Shown here one piece after another: positions 18,791-28,726 of a stretch of DNA of 64,000 nt (the first letter of the stretch is position 1; every line of letters starts with the position of its first letter). Source of the stretch: a bacterium (GTDB taxonomy: Bacteria > UBA8248); assembly GCA_965213625.1 (NCBI GenBank), contig CBDBZU010000004.1, positions 576,001 through 640,000 of the forward strand. The letters run 5' to 3'. The translations under genes were made by a program, and so were the position numbers. The notes below the pieces were generated by a model, which was given only the letters and a program-made list of their open reading frames with translations, did no database searches and had not been told where the DNA came from.

Positions 18791-19084
18791 GGTACCCGAC
18801 ACGTCCTTGCGCTTCCTCACGCATCGCTCGGGCTGACCGCCGGATTCGAGCGGCTTCCGGGTGGCCCGGCCGCTTGGGGGCGAGGAGCTATCAGCCACTA
18901 CGGAATATAAGCGCTCCTACTGAGACGCGCGGGTTCTCACCAGTCTTTGAATTTAACCGCTTCCGATTTGATTACATGCTACAGAAGATGAAACCAGAAC
19001 GGAATTAGAAAAACGTAAACCAACTATACTTTCAATGACACATGAAGATTTCATCACCGCCGGAAATACCCTGGTGGTACTAAA

Positions 19085-19170
19085 TGGCGGAGGGAGAGGG
19101 ATTCGAACCCCCGGAGCTTTCGCTCAGTGGTTTTCAAGACCACCGCCTTCGGCCGCTCGGCCATCCCTCC
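19085..19170 (-). tRNA. tRNA-Ser(UGA)
   Basis: GGAGGGATGGCCGAGCGG...GTGGT-CTTGAAA-ACCAC, long variable arm, GGTTCGAATCC, encoded CCA. Confidence 0.96.
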
Positions 19171-19249
19171 GTGAAAACCGCGAGCCCTCGCACTGGGGTC
19201 GGGGCAAGCCCTTCCTCCCCGGTCGGGGTCGACCCGGCAAGCGGGCGAG

Positions 19250-19278
19250 ATTCTACCTGAATTTTAGCATGGCTTGAA
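19250..19278 (-). promoter_or_regulatory. sigma70-type promoter for tRNA-Ser
   Basis: Minus strand TTCAAG-N17-TAGAAT about 80 bp upstream of the tRNA. Confidence 0.6.
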
Positions 19279-19300
19279 GCAGTTTTTAAGATATCAACCC

Positions 19301-19444
19301 CGACTGATGAAGGAGGGGTTGACGCGACTGATGAAGGAGGGGTTGACGCGACTGATGAAGGAGGGGTTGACGCGACTGATGAAGGAGGGGTTGACGCGAC
19401 TGATGAAGGAGGGGTTGACGCGACTGATGAGGAAGAGCTTGCGG
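19301..19444 (+). repeat. 24-bp tandem repeat CGACTGATGAAGGAGGGGTTGACG, five exact copies plus one degenerate
   Basis: Exact copies from 19301 to 19420, no spacers. Confidence 0.95.
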
Positions 19445-20195
19445 ACTGGAGAACGAGAATGGCCGCCCGCGTTCGAGAGCGTCAAGGGCCGCGCGGGGAC
19501 AAACCCTCCCTTCTCGGTCGGGTCTGTGCCCCGCTTCGGGTATTGCGTCCCAGGAGAACCCGGTCAAGACCGTCTGAGCCAAGAAGACGGTTGAATGGCC
19601 GGGTTTGGGATACGCACCCGCGCGACTGGGTGGCGCTTCCCTCTCCGGGACGGGTGTACCCGTATGCGGGGCCGCAATTCCTGGGTCCTCAATCGGAATT
19701 GACCCCCGCGCGGCGTTTCCGGCCCGCCGCCGCCCCTGCGCCCTGAGCGCGAAGCGGCCGGCGTCCCCCGCCGGATTCGCCCGTCGCCTCCACGAACACC
19801 CGCCGAGGCTACGCAAACGGGAGAAATGGTATCAGCGAAAGCGATGATTGGGGTTAAAGTTTGGGTAAAGTATCCGGAGAGGCTTCCGCTCCGCGGCGTG
19901 TTTCAGGGAGCAAACCCTCCCGCATTGTTCGGGGCCGCCCACATCGGGCGCAGGCGCATTTACGCGCATTTGCCGTAGCGGGAGAAGAAGCGGACGAGCG
20001 TATCCTGAAAGATTTGCGCGCGATGCGATTTCCTCATTCCGGCGAAGCGCACGCGCCGCATACGCGATAGAAGCCGGGTCGGCGGCGGAGGCGGGCGCGC
20101 ACATTTCCCCGCATCTGCGGTAGCGGGAGCGGGGGAGAGAGCGGGTATGATGGCGGAGCCGCGCGGTTCGTTCGGGAAAAAGCAAACTCTCCATC

Positions 20196-20288
20196 CCCGG
20201 TCGAGTCAAACGCTTGCTCATCGGTCGGGTCAAACCCTTCCTCATCGGTCGGGTCAAACCCTCGCTCATCGCTCGGGTTTTATATCTG
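20196..20288 (-). repeat. inverted, diverged array of the same 24-bp unit (CGACCGATGAGGAAGGGTTTGACC, about three copies)
   Basis: The reverse complement aligns with 19284-19444, including the AGATAT.AA.CCCG leader. Confidence 0.85.
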
Positions 20289-20479
20289 AAAATATCGATA
20301 AATTCCGATAAATTCACGGGGTTTAGCGGTAAATTACCGAAAATTAAATCGCTGGAAAAACCGGTGAAAAAAGGTAGGCCGCCCGGGGGTTATTCCCTCG
20401 GCGCGATGATGTATATTAAGCGCATCGCCGCCCGCGTTCATAACAGGAAATGCGACATAACTACAGGAGATGTGAGGAA

Positions 20480-21199
20480 ATGCCTGAAATTATCGACCTT
20501 TCCATGCCCGTCCACATGTGGATGGAGCGCTACCCGGGCACGCCGCAGCCCGTCATCCAGATGATAGAGACGACGTTCGAGTCCGCGGCGCGCATCGGCA
20601 CCGACAAGATGGGCTTCCCCGAGCTGTTCGCCCACAGCGTGTGCATCTTCAGCGAGCATTGCGGCACCCACATCGACGCGCGAAGCCACGGCGGCATGAA
20701 CGATTCGTGGTCCGAGGACATCCCGCTGGACAAATGCTACGGGCCGGGTCTCCGGCTCGACATGCGGGGCAAGAAACCGGGCGAGGCCATTCAAATCAAT
20801 GACTTGAAAGAAGCGCTCGCGAAGGAGAAATACACGATTGAGGGCGGTGAGATCGTCTTCCTCTGGACGGGGGCGGCCGCCTACAACGAGGAGCCGCGCT
20901 ACCTGACGGACCATCCCGGCATGGTGGGGGAGAGCGCTGAGTGGCTCATCGACCAGGGCGTACAGGTGATGGGCATCGACGCGCCGGGGTTCGACTTGCC
21001 CATCAAGGAGATGCTCGAGCGCAAAGACCCCTGGCCGTGCCACCGCCTCTTCCAGACACGCGAATACTGGCACATCGAGAACCTCTGCAACCTGGACGCC
21101 ATTCCCGCTGCGCACGGGTTCACGGCGAGCGTGCTGCCGCTTCACTGGCAAGGCGCCACGGGGACGCACATCCGCGCCGTCGCCATCATGAACGAGTAG
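20480..21199 (+). CDS. cyclase family hydrolase
   Basis: EHCGTHIDA, GIDAP, HIENL and IRAVA motifs. Confidence 0.9.
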   Translation: MPEIIDLSMPVHMWMERYPGTPQPVIQMIETTFESAARIGTDKMGFPELFAHSVCIFSEHCGTHIDARSHGGMNDSWSEDIPLDKCYGPGLRLDMRGKKPGEAIQINDLKEALAKEKYTIEGGEIVFLWTGAAAYNEEPRYLTDHPGMVGESAEWLIDQGVQVMGIDAPGFDLPIKEMLERKDPWPCHRLFQTREYWHIENLCNLDAIPAAHGFTASVLPLHWQGATGTHIRAVAIMNE

Positions 21200-21205
21200 A
21201 CGAGC

Positions 21206-22246
21206 GTGTCCTCCACGGGCCGCAGAGGAGCTGGAAAACGGATGGCTCTCCTCGCCGTTTTCTCGCTCGCGCTGCTCATCGGGATGTTCTTCACCGTAGG
21301 GGTTGGGGACGCGGCGAATCCGAACAACTCACTGAAATCAAAAGCAAAACAAAACCGTGAGGCGCAGCTCAAGCTGTATGAGCGTACGCTGAAAAAGCAT
21401 CTTGCTGCCGACCCCTATCCCCTGATCGATCTGGAAGTCTCGCTTGAGAAGTGGAAGAGCGCAGCAGGGCTTATCGAGGGCATGGACCGGGCGGGCATCG
21501 CTCTGAGTGCGGTCACCGCGGCGAGTGAGGAGGCCATCCAAAAGGCGGTGGCGCAATATCCCGGACGGTTGGTTCCGCTCACTACCTCGGCGGCTCAAGA
21601 AGACTGGATGCAGACCGGGGGCGATTATCTTTCGGGCATCAAACGACAACTCAATGACGGCGCATTCGGGATAGGCAGGATCTCCTGGCGGCCTGAATCA
21701 ACCGGTAAAGAGCAAATGAGACAGGCCGGAGAGGCTTTAGGGGCGATCGTACGAATGGCAATCGAAAAACGAAGCTTCCTGATGCTCGACATGCCGCCCG
21801 ATGACGGCGGTCTGGAGCAACTCGAGCGGCTATTGAGAGCAATGCCCGAGGCGAGAGTCGTCTGGACGCAAGGGGGCAGAATATTGAATTTGGACCCTTT
21901 ACCCGGATACGGACACGGCCTCCTCAGGGCGTTGAGCCTGCGGCACCCAAACCTCCTCTTCACGCTTACCCAAGACCCGCCTACCCCTGATGTAACCATT
22001 CAGCGGAAGAATCACCTGTACGACCCGGGAGGAGCCTTCTCGCGCGAATGGCGGGCGTTGCTCGAAGCGCGCGTGGGGCATTTCACCGCCGGCAACGATT
22101 CCCCCAAGATAAGCCCGGCGATTTATGCGAGAAGGACACGCATTTTCCGTCAAAACATCCTCAGGAATATCAGCCCGCCCGCCAGAAAGCTCATCGCCTA
22201 CCGAAACGCATGGCATTTGCTGACAAACCGGCGCTGGAGGCCTTGA
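21206..22246 (+). CDS. exported amidohydrolase-fold protein, degenerate metal site
   Basis: Signal/TM segment; MDRAGI, YPGRLVP, GIG, HPNL and IAYRNA pattern of Amidohydro_2. Confidence 0.6.
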   Translation: MSSTGRRGAGKRMALLAVFSLALLIGMFFTVGVGDAANPNNSLKSKAKQNREAQLKLYERTLKKHLAADPYPLIDLEVSLEKWKSAAGLIEGMDRAGIALSAVTAASEEAIQKAVAQYPGRLVPLTTSAAQEDWMQTGGDYLSGIKRQLNDGAFGIGRISWRPESTGKEQMRQAGEALGAIVRMAIEKRSFLMLDMPPDDGGLEQLERLLRAMPEARVVWTQGGRILNLDPLPGYGHGLLRALSLRHPNLLFTLTQDPPTPDVTIQRKNHLYDPGGAFSREWRALLEARVGHFTAGNDSPKISPAIYARRTRIFRQNILRNISPPARKLIAYRNAWHLLTNRRWRP

Positions 22247-22375
22247 TTCACGAAATTCCCCCGTATCCGTTGCATCAGGCCCTGCGCATGGGGATAATGC
22301 CGACCCTCGGGATTGGTTAAATCCCTGAAACAATGATTTCCCGGCTATGAAACTTACGCGCAAGGAGTTCGCCTC

Positions 22376-23524
22376 ATGTACAGCATACGCCACCCGCAAC
22401 GTACTTGGTTCGGCCTCGGAACCATAGCGAAAATCAAGGACGAGGCGGAGTTCCTGGGTGCTCGCAAAGCGCTTTTCTTCACGGACAAGGGCGTAAGGGG
22501 TGCTGGCGTAGCGGATATGGCGCTGGCCCCTCTCAAGGAGTCCGGCGTCGAAGTTACGATATACGATGAGTGCCCGCCCGAGCCCGCCATCGCTGATCTC
22601 GAAAAAGCGTTTGATGAATTTAAAAACGGTTCTTTCGACCTCGTGGTCGGGGTCGGGGGCGGCAGTTCGATGGACATGGCGAAATCCATCGGCATATTGC
22701 TGGGGAATGACGGCGCACCCAGAGATTATCTGGGTATAGAACTCGTGCCGAAACCAGGCCTCTCCACGATATTGGCGCCCACCACGAGCGGAACCGGCGC
22801 AGAGGCCACGCCCAACGCTATATTCTCGGTACCGGAAGAGCAGGTGAAACTGGCTATCGTGAGCACGCATGTCATCCCTTTCGCCGCCATCGTCGACCCG
22901 GAACTCACGCTTTCCGCACCTCCGAAAGTCACTTCCGCCGCCGGTGTGGACGCCTTCACGCATTGCCTGGAAACCTACGTGGCCAGAAATGCCACCCCAC
23001 TGAGCGAGATGTACAGCCTGGAGGGCATGAAACTCATCGCCCGCTCCTTGAGGCGCGTTTGCGACGATGGAAGCGACATCGAAGCCAGAACCGACATGGC
23101 GCTGGGTTCATACTATGGCGGAGTTGCGCTCGCAGGGGCAGGAGCCGGCGCCATTCATGCCCTGGCGTATCCGCTCGGTTCGCGGTTCCACATTCCTCAC
23201 GGGGTAAGCAACTCACTGATGTTCTCCCACGTCATGAAGGAAAACTACGAAGCGGCCCCGGAGAAATTCGCCCGCATCGCCCGAATACTGGGCGAATCCA
23301 CCGATGACATAACCGAAGCCGAAGCGGCGGAGCTTTCCGTTGGCGCGGTCGAGAAACTTTGTCGTGACTGCGGGGTGCCAACCCGACTCGGCGAAGTGGA
23401 TGTCCCCGCACACGCCATCCCGGAGCTGGCCGAAGCCGCTTTCAAGCTCGAACGTCTGTTAAGTTGTAATCCCAAAGAACTTACGCTCGAGGACATCGAG
23501 AGAATCTATCGCGCAGCGGCTTGA
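22376..23524 (+). CDS. iron-containing alcohol dehydrogenase
   Basis: GGGSSMD, PTTSGTGAE, DAFTH, IHAL and HG motifs. Confidence 0.93.
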   Translation: MYSIRHPQRTWFGLGTIAKIKDEAEFLGARKALFFTDKGVRGAGVADMALAPLKESGVEVTIYDECPPEPAIADLEKAFDEFKNGSFDLVVGVGGGSSMDMAKSIGILLGNDGAPRDYLGIELVPKPGLSTILAPTTSGTGAEATPNAIFSVPEEQVKLAIVSTHVIPFAAIVDPELTLSAPPKVTSAAGVDAFTHCLETYVARNATPLSEMYSLEGMKLIARSLRRVCDDGSDIEARTDMALGSYYGGVALAGAGAGAIHALAYPLGSRFHIPHGVSNSLMFSHVMKENYEAAPEKFARIARILGESTDDITEAEAAELSVGAVEKLCRDCGVPTRLGEVDVPAHAIPELAEAAFKLERLLSCNPKELTLEDIERIYRAAA

Positions 23525-23527
23525 AAG

Positions 23528-24313
23528 ATGTCCATGGAATTATCTTCTTCGCGAAAATTGCGCTCCATGATGGACATCGCACCTGGCGATATGGTCTGCG
23601 TCATGGGCGCCGGCGGCAAGGCCACGCTAATGAAGCGGCTCGTCCAGGAGATGCTCGACGAGCCGTTTCCCGTCATCATCACCAGTACAACGAATCTTCA
23701 CGCCTTGGGTGGCGACGACGCACCACCCGTTTTATTGAGCGAGAAGGGTCGCACCGAGTTGCAATCCGCCGCTCAGGACTGGTCCAAGCGTGGCGCTGTT
23801 GTCTGGGTGGAGAAAAAACTACCGCAGAATATGTTTCGCGGCCTCGAGGCGAGTCAGGTAGAGGCGCTGTATGCTTCGGACTTTGACGGCGTAATGGTCG
23901 TAAAAACCGATGGCGCCAGAAAACGGCTCATCAAGGCTCCGGGACCAGCTGAGCCGGTCATTCCCGAAGGGGCAACGCATTGTGTACTCGTTCTGGGACT
24001 CGCCGCAATTGGACAAAAAGCTGATGAGAAAATCGTCCATCGCATGGAAAAAGTCTACAGCATCACGGGTCTCGAAGCCGGAGATACCATTGAAGCGCAT
24101 CATATGGCGAGATTGGCGAGTCAGCCGGAAAGTTACCCGAGTCGATTTCCTGAATGTGCAAAGCGGATACTCTACCTGAGCCATTGCAGTTCCCAAAAAG
24201 CCCTTCGGGAAGCTCAAACGATATTCGAGACCGTACCCGACGGCATTTACGATTGCCTGCTCACGGGAGATTCCATTGCAGGAAATTTTTTTCGCAAGGG
24301 AGTAAATCAATGA
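23528..24313 (+). CDS. yqeC: selenium-dependent molybdenum hydroxylase accessory protein YqeC
   Basis: GAGGKAT, TSTT and DGARKRLIKAPGPAEPVIP motifs. Confidence 0.8.
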   Translation: MSMELSSSRKLRSMMDIAPGDMVCVMGAGGKATLMKRLVQEMLDEPFPVIITSTTNLHALGGDDAPPVLLSEKGRTELQSAAQDWSKRGAVVWVEKKLPQNMFRGLEASQVEALYASDFDGVMVVKTDGARKRLIKAPGPAEPVIPEGATHCVLVLGLAAIGQKADEKIVHRMEKVYSITGLEAGDTIEAHHMARLASQPESYPSRFPECAKRILYLSHCSSQKALREAQTIFETVPDGIYDCLLTGDSIAGNFFRKGVNQ

Positions 24314-25467
24314 TCGGTGCGGCCGCTATCAGAAAAGCTCTTGACGCCAGAAAAGATGAAATTATCGAGCAAATCGTCCATGTGGTGAGCATCGACTCCC
24401 CAACTTTTCCCAACACGGGAACGAACATAATTTCCTCCCACTTTGCGGAAAAATATCGCGACATGGGAGCCGAGGTGGAGATGATCCCCGGCACACATGA
24501 AACGGGAGATCATCTTCTGGCGACGTTTCATGGCGCAAGAAATGACGCCCCTCACATATTCCTGATCGGACATTGCGATACCGTTTTTCCCGAGGGAACC
24601 GCCGCGAAAAGACCATTCACCACAAAAGACGGGATCGCCTACGGCCCTGGAGTAGCCGACATGAAGGGATGTCTGGTGACATGCCAGTTCGTTATGGAAG
24701 CGCTGCTGGCCGAGGGATTCGAGAATTTCGGGAAAATCAGTATCTTATACGATACCGATGAAGAACGCGGGAATCCATCATCCAGGGAAGTCATAGAACG
24801 CATCGGGAAAGACGCCGCGGTCGCGTTGATCATCGAGTCCGGCCGCGCAAACGGCTCCATCGTCTCCTCACGGAAAGGTAGTTGTTTCGGAAAATTGCTA
24901 ATAAGCGGCGTCTCTGCCCACGCGGGCGTCGACCCTGAAAAAGGTAGAAGCGCAGTACACGAACTAGCCCATCAAATGATGGCCATTCAGAAACTCGAGC
25001 GCGAAGGAGGGACCGTCAACATCACGGGCCTTTCGGGCGGTCGAAGGCCACACATCGTGGCGGACGAGGCTTCCTGTCACGTCGAAGTGCGTGCGGAACG
25101 GCAAACGATTTTCGATTCCATGACGGATGAGTTGCTCCGCATTACCTCCATTCCCTACATCGAGGGGACACACTCAGAATTTCAGAAACTGGGCGGGAGG
25201 CCCGTCATGGAGTTTAACGCCGGAGCGAAAAGACTCGTCTCCATTGCGGCGGAAATCGCCACGGATGCGGGCGTTAAATTTCAGCACGCTCCCAGCGGTG
25301 GGGGATCTGACGGAAATTATCTCTCCCCGATCGGAGTCGCCGTTCTCGATGGACTGGGACCCGTAGGTGGGAATTTGCATACGGACGAGGAATACTTGGA
25401 ACTCGATTCGATCGCTCCAAGAGGCGCATTACTCGGGGGGTTGATAGAAAGGCTATCTGCAACATGA
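24310..25467 (+). CDS. M20 family metallopeptidase (carboxypeptidase G2-like)
   Basis: GHCDTVF, GPGVADMKG, DEE, AHAG and GGSDGN motifs. Confidence 0.92.
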   Translation: MIGAAAIRKALDARKDEIIEQIVHVVSIDSPTFPNTGTNIISSHFAEKYRDMGAEVEMIPGTHETGDHLLATFHGARNDAPHIFLIGHCDTVFPEGTAAKRPFTTKDGIAYGPGVADMKGCLVTCQFVMEALLAEGFENFGKISILYDTDEERGNPSSREVIERIGKDAAVALIIESGRANGSIVSSRKGSCFGKLLISGVSAHAGVDPEKGRSAVHELAHQMMAIQKLEREGGTVNITGLSGGRRPHIVADEASCHVEVRAERQTIFDSMTDELLRITSIPYIEGTHSEFQKLGGRPVMEFNAGAKRLVSIAAEIATDAGVKFQHAPSGGGSDGNYLSPIGVAVLDGLGPVGGNLHTDEEYLELDSIAPRGALLGGLIERLSAT

Positions 25468-25485
25468 GGCGCTAACCAAGAGTCC

Positions 25486-26730
25486 TCAATCTTCCAAGGG
25501 AATTCCAATCTCCGATCTGGGTTTAGGATCTGCGACCACATTTTCTCGAACCAACTCTTCTATTCTTTCATCACTCCACCCTAGAATTTCGGACAACACT
25601 TCGCGTGTATGTTCCCCGTGCAAGGGGGCCGGCCCTTGCACCTTCCCCGGATGCTCGGAAAATTTGGGGGGAACACCGGTAGTGTTCATTTTACCCAGGA
25701 GCGAATGGTTCGTTTCCACCACCATCTCTCTGTGGCGAACCTGCTCATCCTCGAGCGCTTCGCCGACATTATAAACCGGGCCGCAGGGAATCCCTTTTTC
25801 CTCCAGTAATCTCAGCCATTCATTCCCGTTTCGTCTGCAGAGATACCGCTCCAATATGGGGATAAGCTGATCGCGATTTTTCGCGCGGCTCGGGATGTCG
25901 ACAAACCTCGGGTCATTCGCCAACTCGGGAGCCTCGACGATGTCGCAAAAATAACCCCAGAACCGATCGCTCGTCACACCGATGATGATTTCCTTATCCT
26001 TGGCCTTGAGCGCCTGATAGGGAACGATTTGAAAATGGGCCGAACCCCAGCGCTCGCTCATGCTGCCATCCATGAAATAGCAGCCGCTCAGGTTGGTGAG
26101 CAGCGACACGCTGCTGTCGAGAAGAGACAGATCGATGTATTGCCCCTTGCCCGTCTTTTCCCTGGCGAACAATGCGCTGCTTACGCTAAAAGCCGCCCAC
26201 ATGCCCGCCGTGAGATCACTGAGCGGAACCCCGGCCTTGCAAGGTCCGCCATCCGGTTCGCCCGTTGCACTCATGATGCCGCTCATCGCCTGGCCGACGA
26301 TGTCAAAACCCGAACGCTCACGATACGGGCCCGTCTGCCCGAAGCCGGAGACGGAAACGTATATCAGTCGAGGGTTCAAAGCGGATAGTGCCTCATAACC
26401 GACGCCCAGACGCTCCGTGACTCCGGGGCGAAAATTCTCGACAACCACGTCCACCTTTTTTGCAATGGAGCGAGCGATTTCGAGGCCTTCGCTTTTTTTG
26501 AGGTTGACCACGATACTCTTCTTGCCGTGGTTCACACCCAAAAAATAGGCGCTCTCTCCTTTCTTGAACGGAGGACCCCAGGTGCGGGTTTCATCGCCAT
26601 ATCCATGAGATTCGAGCTTGATGATTTCCGCTCCCAGATCCGAGAGCATCGTGGTGCAAAAAGGCCCGGCGAGAATTCGAGACAAGTCCAACACGCGAAT
26701 TCCCTTCAATGGTCCCTGTGCGTTCATCAT
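25486..26730 (-). CDS. CaiB/BaiF family III CoA-transferase
   Basis: PLKGIRVLDLSRILAGP, ENFRPG and SGFGQTGP motifs. Confidence 0.93.
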   Translation of the reverse strand: MMNAQGPLKGIRVLDLSRILAGPFCTTMLSDLGAEIIKLESHGYGDETRTWGPPFKKGESAYFLGVNHGKKSIVVNLKKSEGLEIARSIAKKVDVVVENFRPGVTERLGVGYEALSALNPRLIYVSVSGFGQTGPYRERSGFDIVGQAMSGIMSATGEPDGGPCKAGVPLSDLTAGMWAAFSVSSALFAREKTGKGQYIDLSLLDSSVSLLTNLSGCYFMDGSMSERWGSAHFQIVPYQALKAKDKEIIIGVTSDRFWGYFCDIVEAPELANDPRFVDIPSRAKNRDQLIPILERYLCRRNGNEWLRLLEEKGIPCGPVYNVGEALEDEQVRHREMVVETNHSLLGKMNTTGVPPKFSEHPGKVQGPAPLHGEHTREVLSEILGWSDERIEELVRENVVADPKPRSEIGIPLED

Positions 26731-26867
26731 CCCCATCCTGAGTAACAAGCAAGAAGATTATTGCGAATGTATAGAATGTGCAAAGGCGCAGGGCAGTCTG
26801 TCAAGGAATCTCCGTTAAATTCAAGGCGTTTCTCCCTACGTCGGGGGCAAGGGCAGGATGAACGCTT

Positions 26868-27896
26868 TCAAGCGGAAAAGTGCTCCCAAGCCAAGTTTTC
26901 CAGAATGAAAATCCCGTCTGCGCGCTTGAGAGAAATCCCCTCCGAGTCCGGAAGAATTTCCCCGATGGGGGTGAGTGGTCCCCCTCCAGAACTTCGAACG
27001 ACTTCTTGAAGAGCGCAAACGGATTTAGCGGGCGTTGTGACGAGAAGCTCGTAATCTTCACCGCCATGCAGCGCCCACTCGCTGGGCTTTTTCTCGGCGA
27101 CCGAGGCTACTTCGAGCAGGGCGCCGGAAACGGGTAGTTCGGATTCCCAAATAATAGCACCTACCCCGCTCGATTCACATAGGTGACGAATATCGCCCGC
27201 CAGACCATCGCTGATATCCATCATCGCGGTGGCAAGCCCCGATTCCGCGATGGCTGCCCCCTCCGCCACGCGAGGCTGCGGCTCGAATTGCGCGCGGGTG
27301 AGCGAGGGACGTACCCCTTCGGGTAGTTTTATGTGCTGCCTGGAAGACAAAAATAACCCCGCGGCGGCATCACCCAAACGCCCCGTCACCAGAATCCTAT
27401 CTCCCACGTGAGCACTGCTTCTACGGAGCACCTTCTCTTCCATAATCTCGCCGACGAGAAACACGTCGACGAACAATGGGCCACTTGTCCGGGTGACGTT
27501 TCCGCCCAGAATCAATATTTTGTATTGCTCCGAGAGAGCGCGAACCCCGCCATACACATCATCCAGAAAAGAAACCGCCGTCTCCTCGGGAATGCCCAAC
27601 GAGATGAGTGCAAAGCGTGGCTTTCCTCCCATGGCCGCCACATCGCTCACATTCACAGCCAGCGACTTGTAACCCACGGCGAATCCCGAAACATCCCCCG
27701 TGGACGGGAAATGCACGCCACCTACCTGCGCATCACACGTCACAACCCAACATTTTCCATCCGCCGCCTTGATGACGGCCGCATCATCTCCGTTGCCTAC
27801 GATGACGTCTGTATCGTTCCCCACCGATCCGAGTACGTCTCTTAGACGCTCTATCAGGGCGAATTCGCCGATCTCACCAGCCGACTTGCCACTCAT
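26868..27896 (-). CDS. thiL: thiamine-monophosphate kinase
   Basis: GEFALI, GDDAA, NVSDVAAMG, DISDGL and GGEDYELL motifs. Confidence 0.95.
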   Translation of the reverse strand: MSGKSAGEIGEFALIERLRDVLGSVGNDTDVIVGNGDDAAVIKAADGKCWVVTCDAQVGGVHFPSTGDVSGFAVGYKSLAVNVSDVAAMGGKPRFALISLGIPEETAVSFLDDVYGGVRALSEQYKILILGGNVTRTSGPLFVDVFLVGEIMEEKVLRRSSAHVGDRILVTGRLGDAAAGLFLSSRQHIKLPEGVRPSLTRAQFEPQPRVAEGAAIAESGLATAMMDISDGLAGDIRHLCESSGVGAIIWESELPVSGALLEVASVAEKKPSEWALHGGEDYELLVTTPAKSVCALQEVVRSSGGGPLTPIGEILPDSEGISLKRADGIFILENLAWEHFSA

Positions 27897-28537
27897 CCTT
27901 TCGCCCTCTCAATACGATTGCACAATTCCCTTGTCGCGGCTTCCGGGTTCGGTGCCCCCATAACCGCGCCGATTACAGCTACGCCGGTGGCGCCGGCTTC
28001 GATGACGGGCTCCACGTTCTCGATACCGATTCCTCCGATGGCGACGGCGGGCAAACCAGGGGCGTGTTCGATAATCCGCCGAAATCCTTCCGGCCCAATC
28101 GGCTCTCTCGCATCGGCCTTGTTGCCAGTCGCGTAGATGGGACCTACGCCGATATAATCTGCATCCTCAGCGGCGGCTCGCGACGCCCATTCGGATTTTC
28201 CGGCTGTTACGCCGTAAAACAACGTATCTCCGCCTATCGCCCTAGCCCTCGGGAGTGGGAAATCCTCCTGTCCCAGATGCACCCCCTCCGCGCCACACGC
28301 CATGGCGACGTCCAACCGATCATTCACCGTCAAAGCACAGCCGGTTCCCTCCAGAGCATCTCGCAATTCATCAGCCAAGCGAATCATCTCCACACCACTC
28401 ATATTTTTTTCGCGAAGCTGGACCATGCCGGCCCCACTCATCGCGGCTGCCCGAACCGCGTCCCTCAGCTTCCATCCGGAAGCCTTCGCCAGAACCTTGC
28501 GGTCGGTAATGACAACCAGCGATGGGTCGAATTTCAT
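27893..28537 (-). CDS. thiE: thiamine-phosphate synthase
   Basis: QLREK, NDR, GVHLGQED, GPIYAT.K and AIGGI motifs. Confidence 0.9.
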   Translation of the reverse strand: MKFDPSLVVITDRKVLAKASGWKLRDAVRAAAMSGAGMVQLREKNMSGVEMIRLADELRDALEGTGCALTVNDRLDVAMACGAEGVHLGQEDFPLPRARAIGGDTLFYGVTAGKSEWASRAAAEDADYIGVGPIYATGNKADAREPIGPEGFRRIIEHAPGLPAVAIGGIGIENVEPVIEAGATGVAVIGAVMGAPNPEAATRELCNRIERAKG

Positions 28538-28726
28538 GGCGTCCCTCAAACAGACAAGAGCAAAACTACCACGTTGATAATGAAACACGACTACCATGAT
28601 AAGCAAGACAAGCCATGTTGAAGAATACATTTATCAATGAGAGGAGAAAAAATAATGAGGGATGTATCTCTTGCGTATTTCTTTCATGCTTGAGAATCTC
28701 TTCTCCTATCTTAAAAGGAGAGCATC

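Noticed and set aside
18800-19085. Integrative element at the tRNA-Ser 3' end
   Set aside because: No integrase and no duplicated tRNA 3' fragment were seen in the window; there is only a short AT-rich spacer.
19085-19170. tRNA-Sec that would explain the UGA read-through
   Set aside because: The anticodon is UGA (reads UCA, Ser), not UCA, and the acceptor stem is a normal 7 bp. selC must lie elsewhere if it is present.
19301-19444. CRISPR array
   Set aside because: The units are head-to-tail with no spacers, and there are no cas genes in the window.
19301-19444. Tandem hammerhead ribozymes (CTGATGA core)
   Set aside because: There is no matching GAAA and stem II, and the inverted array has CCGATGA/GCGATGA, which breaks the core.
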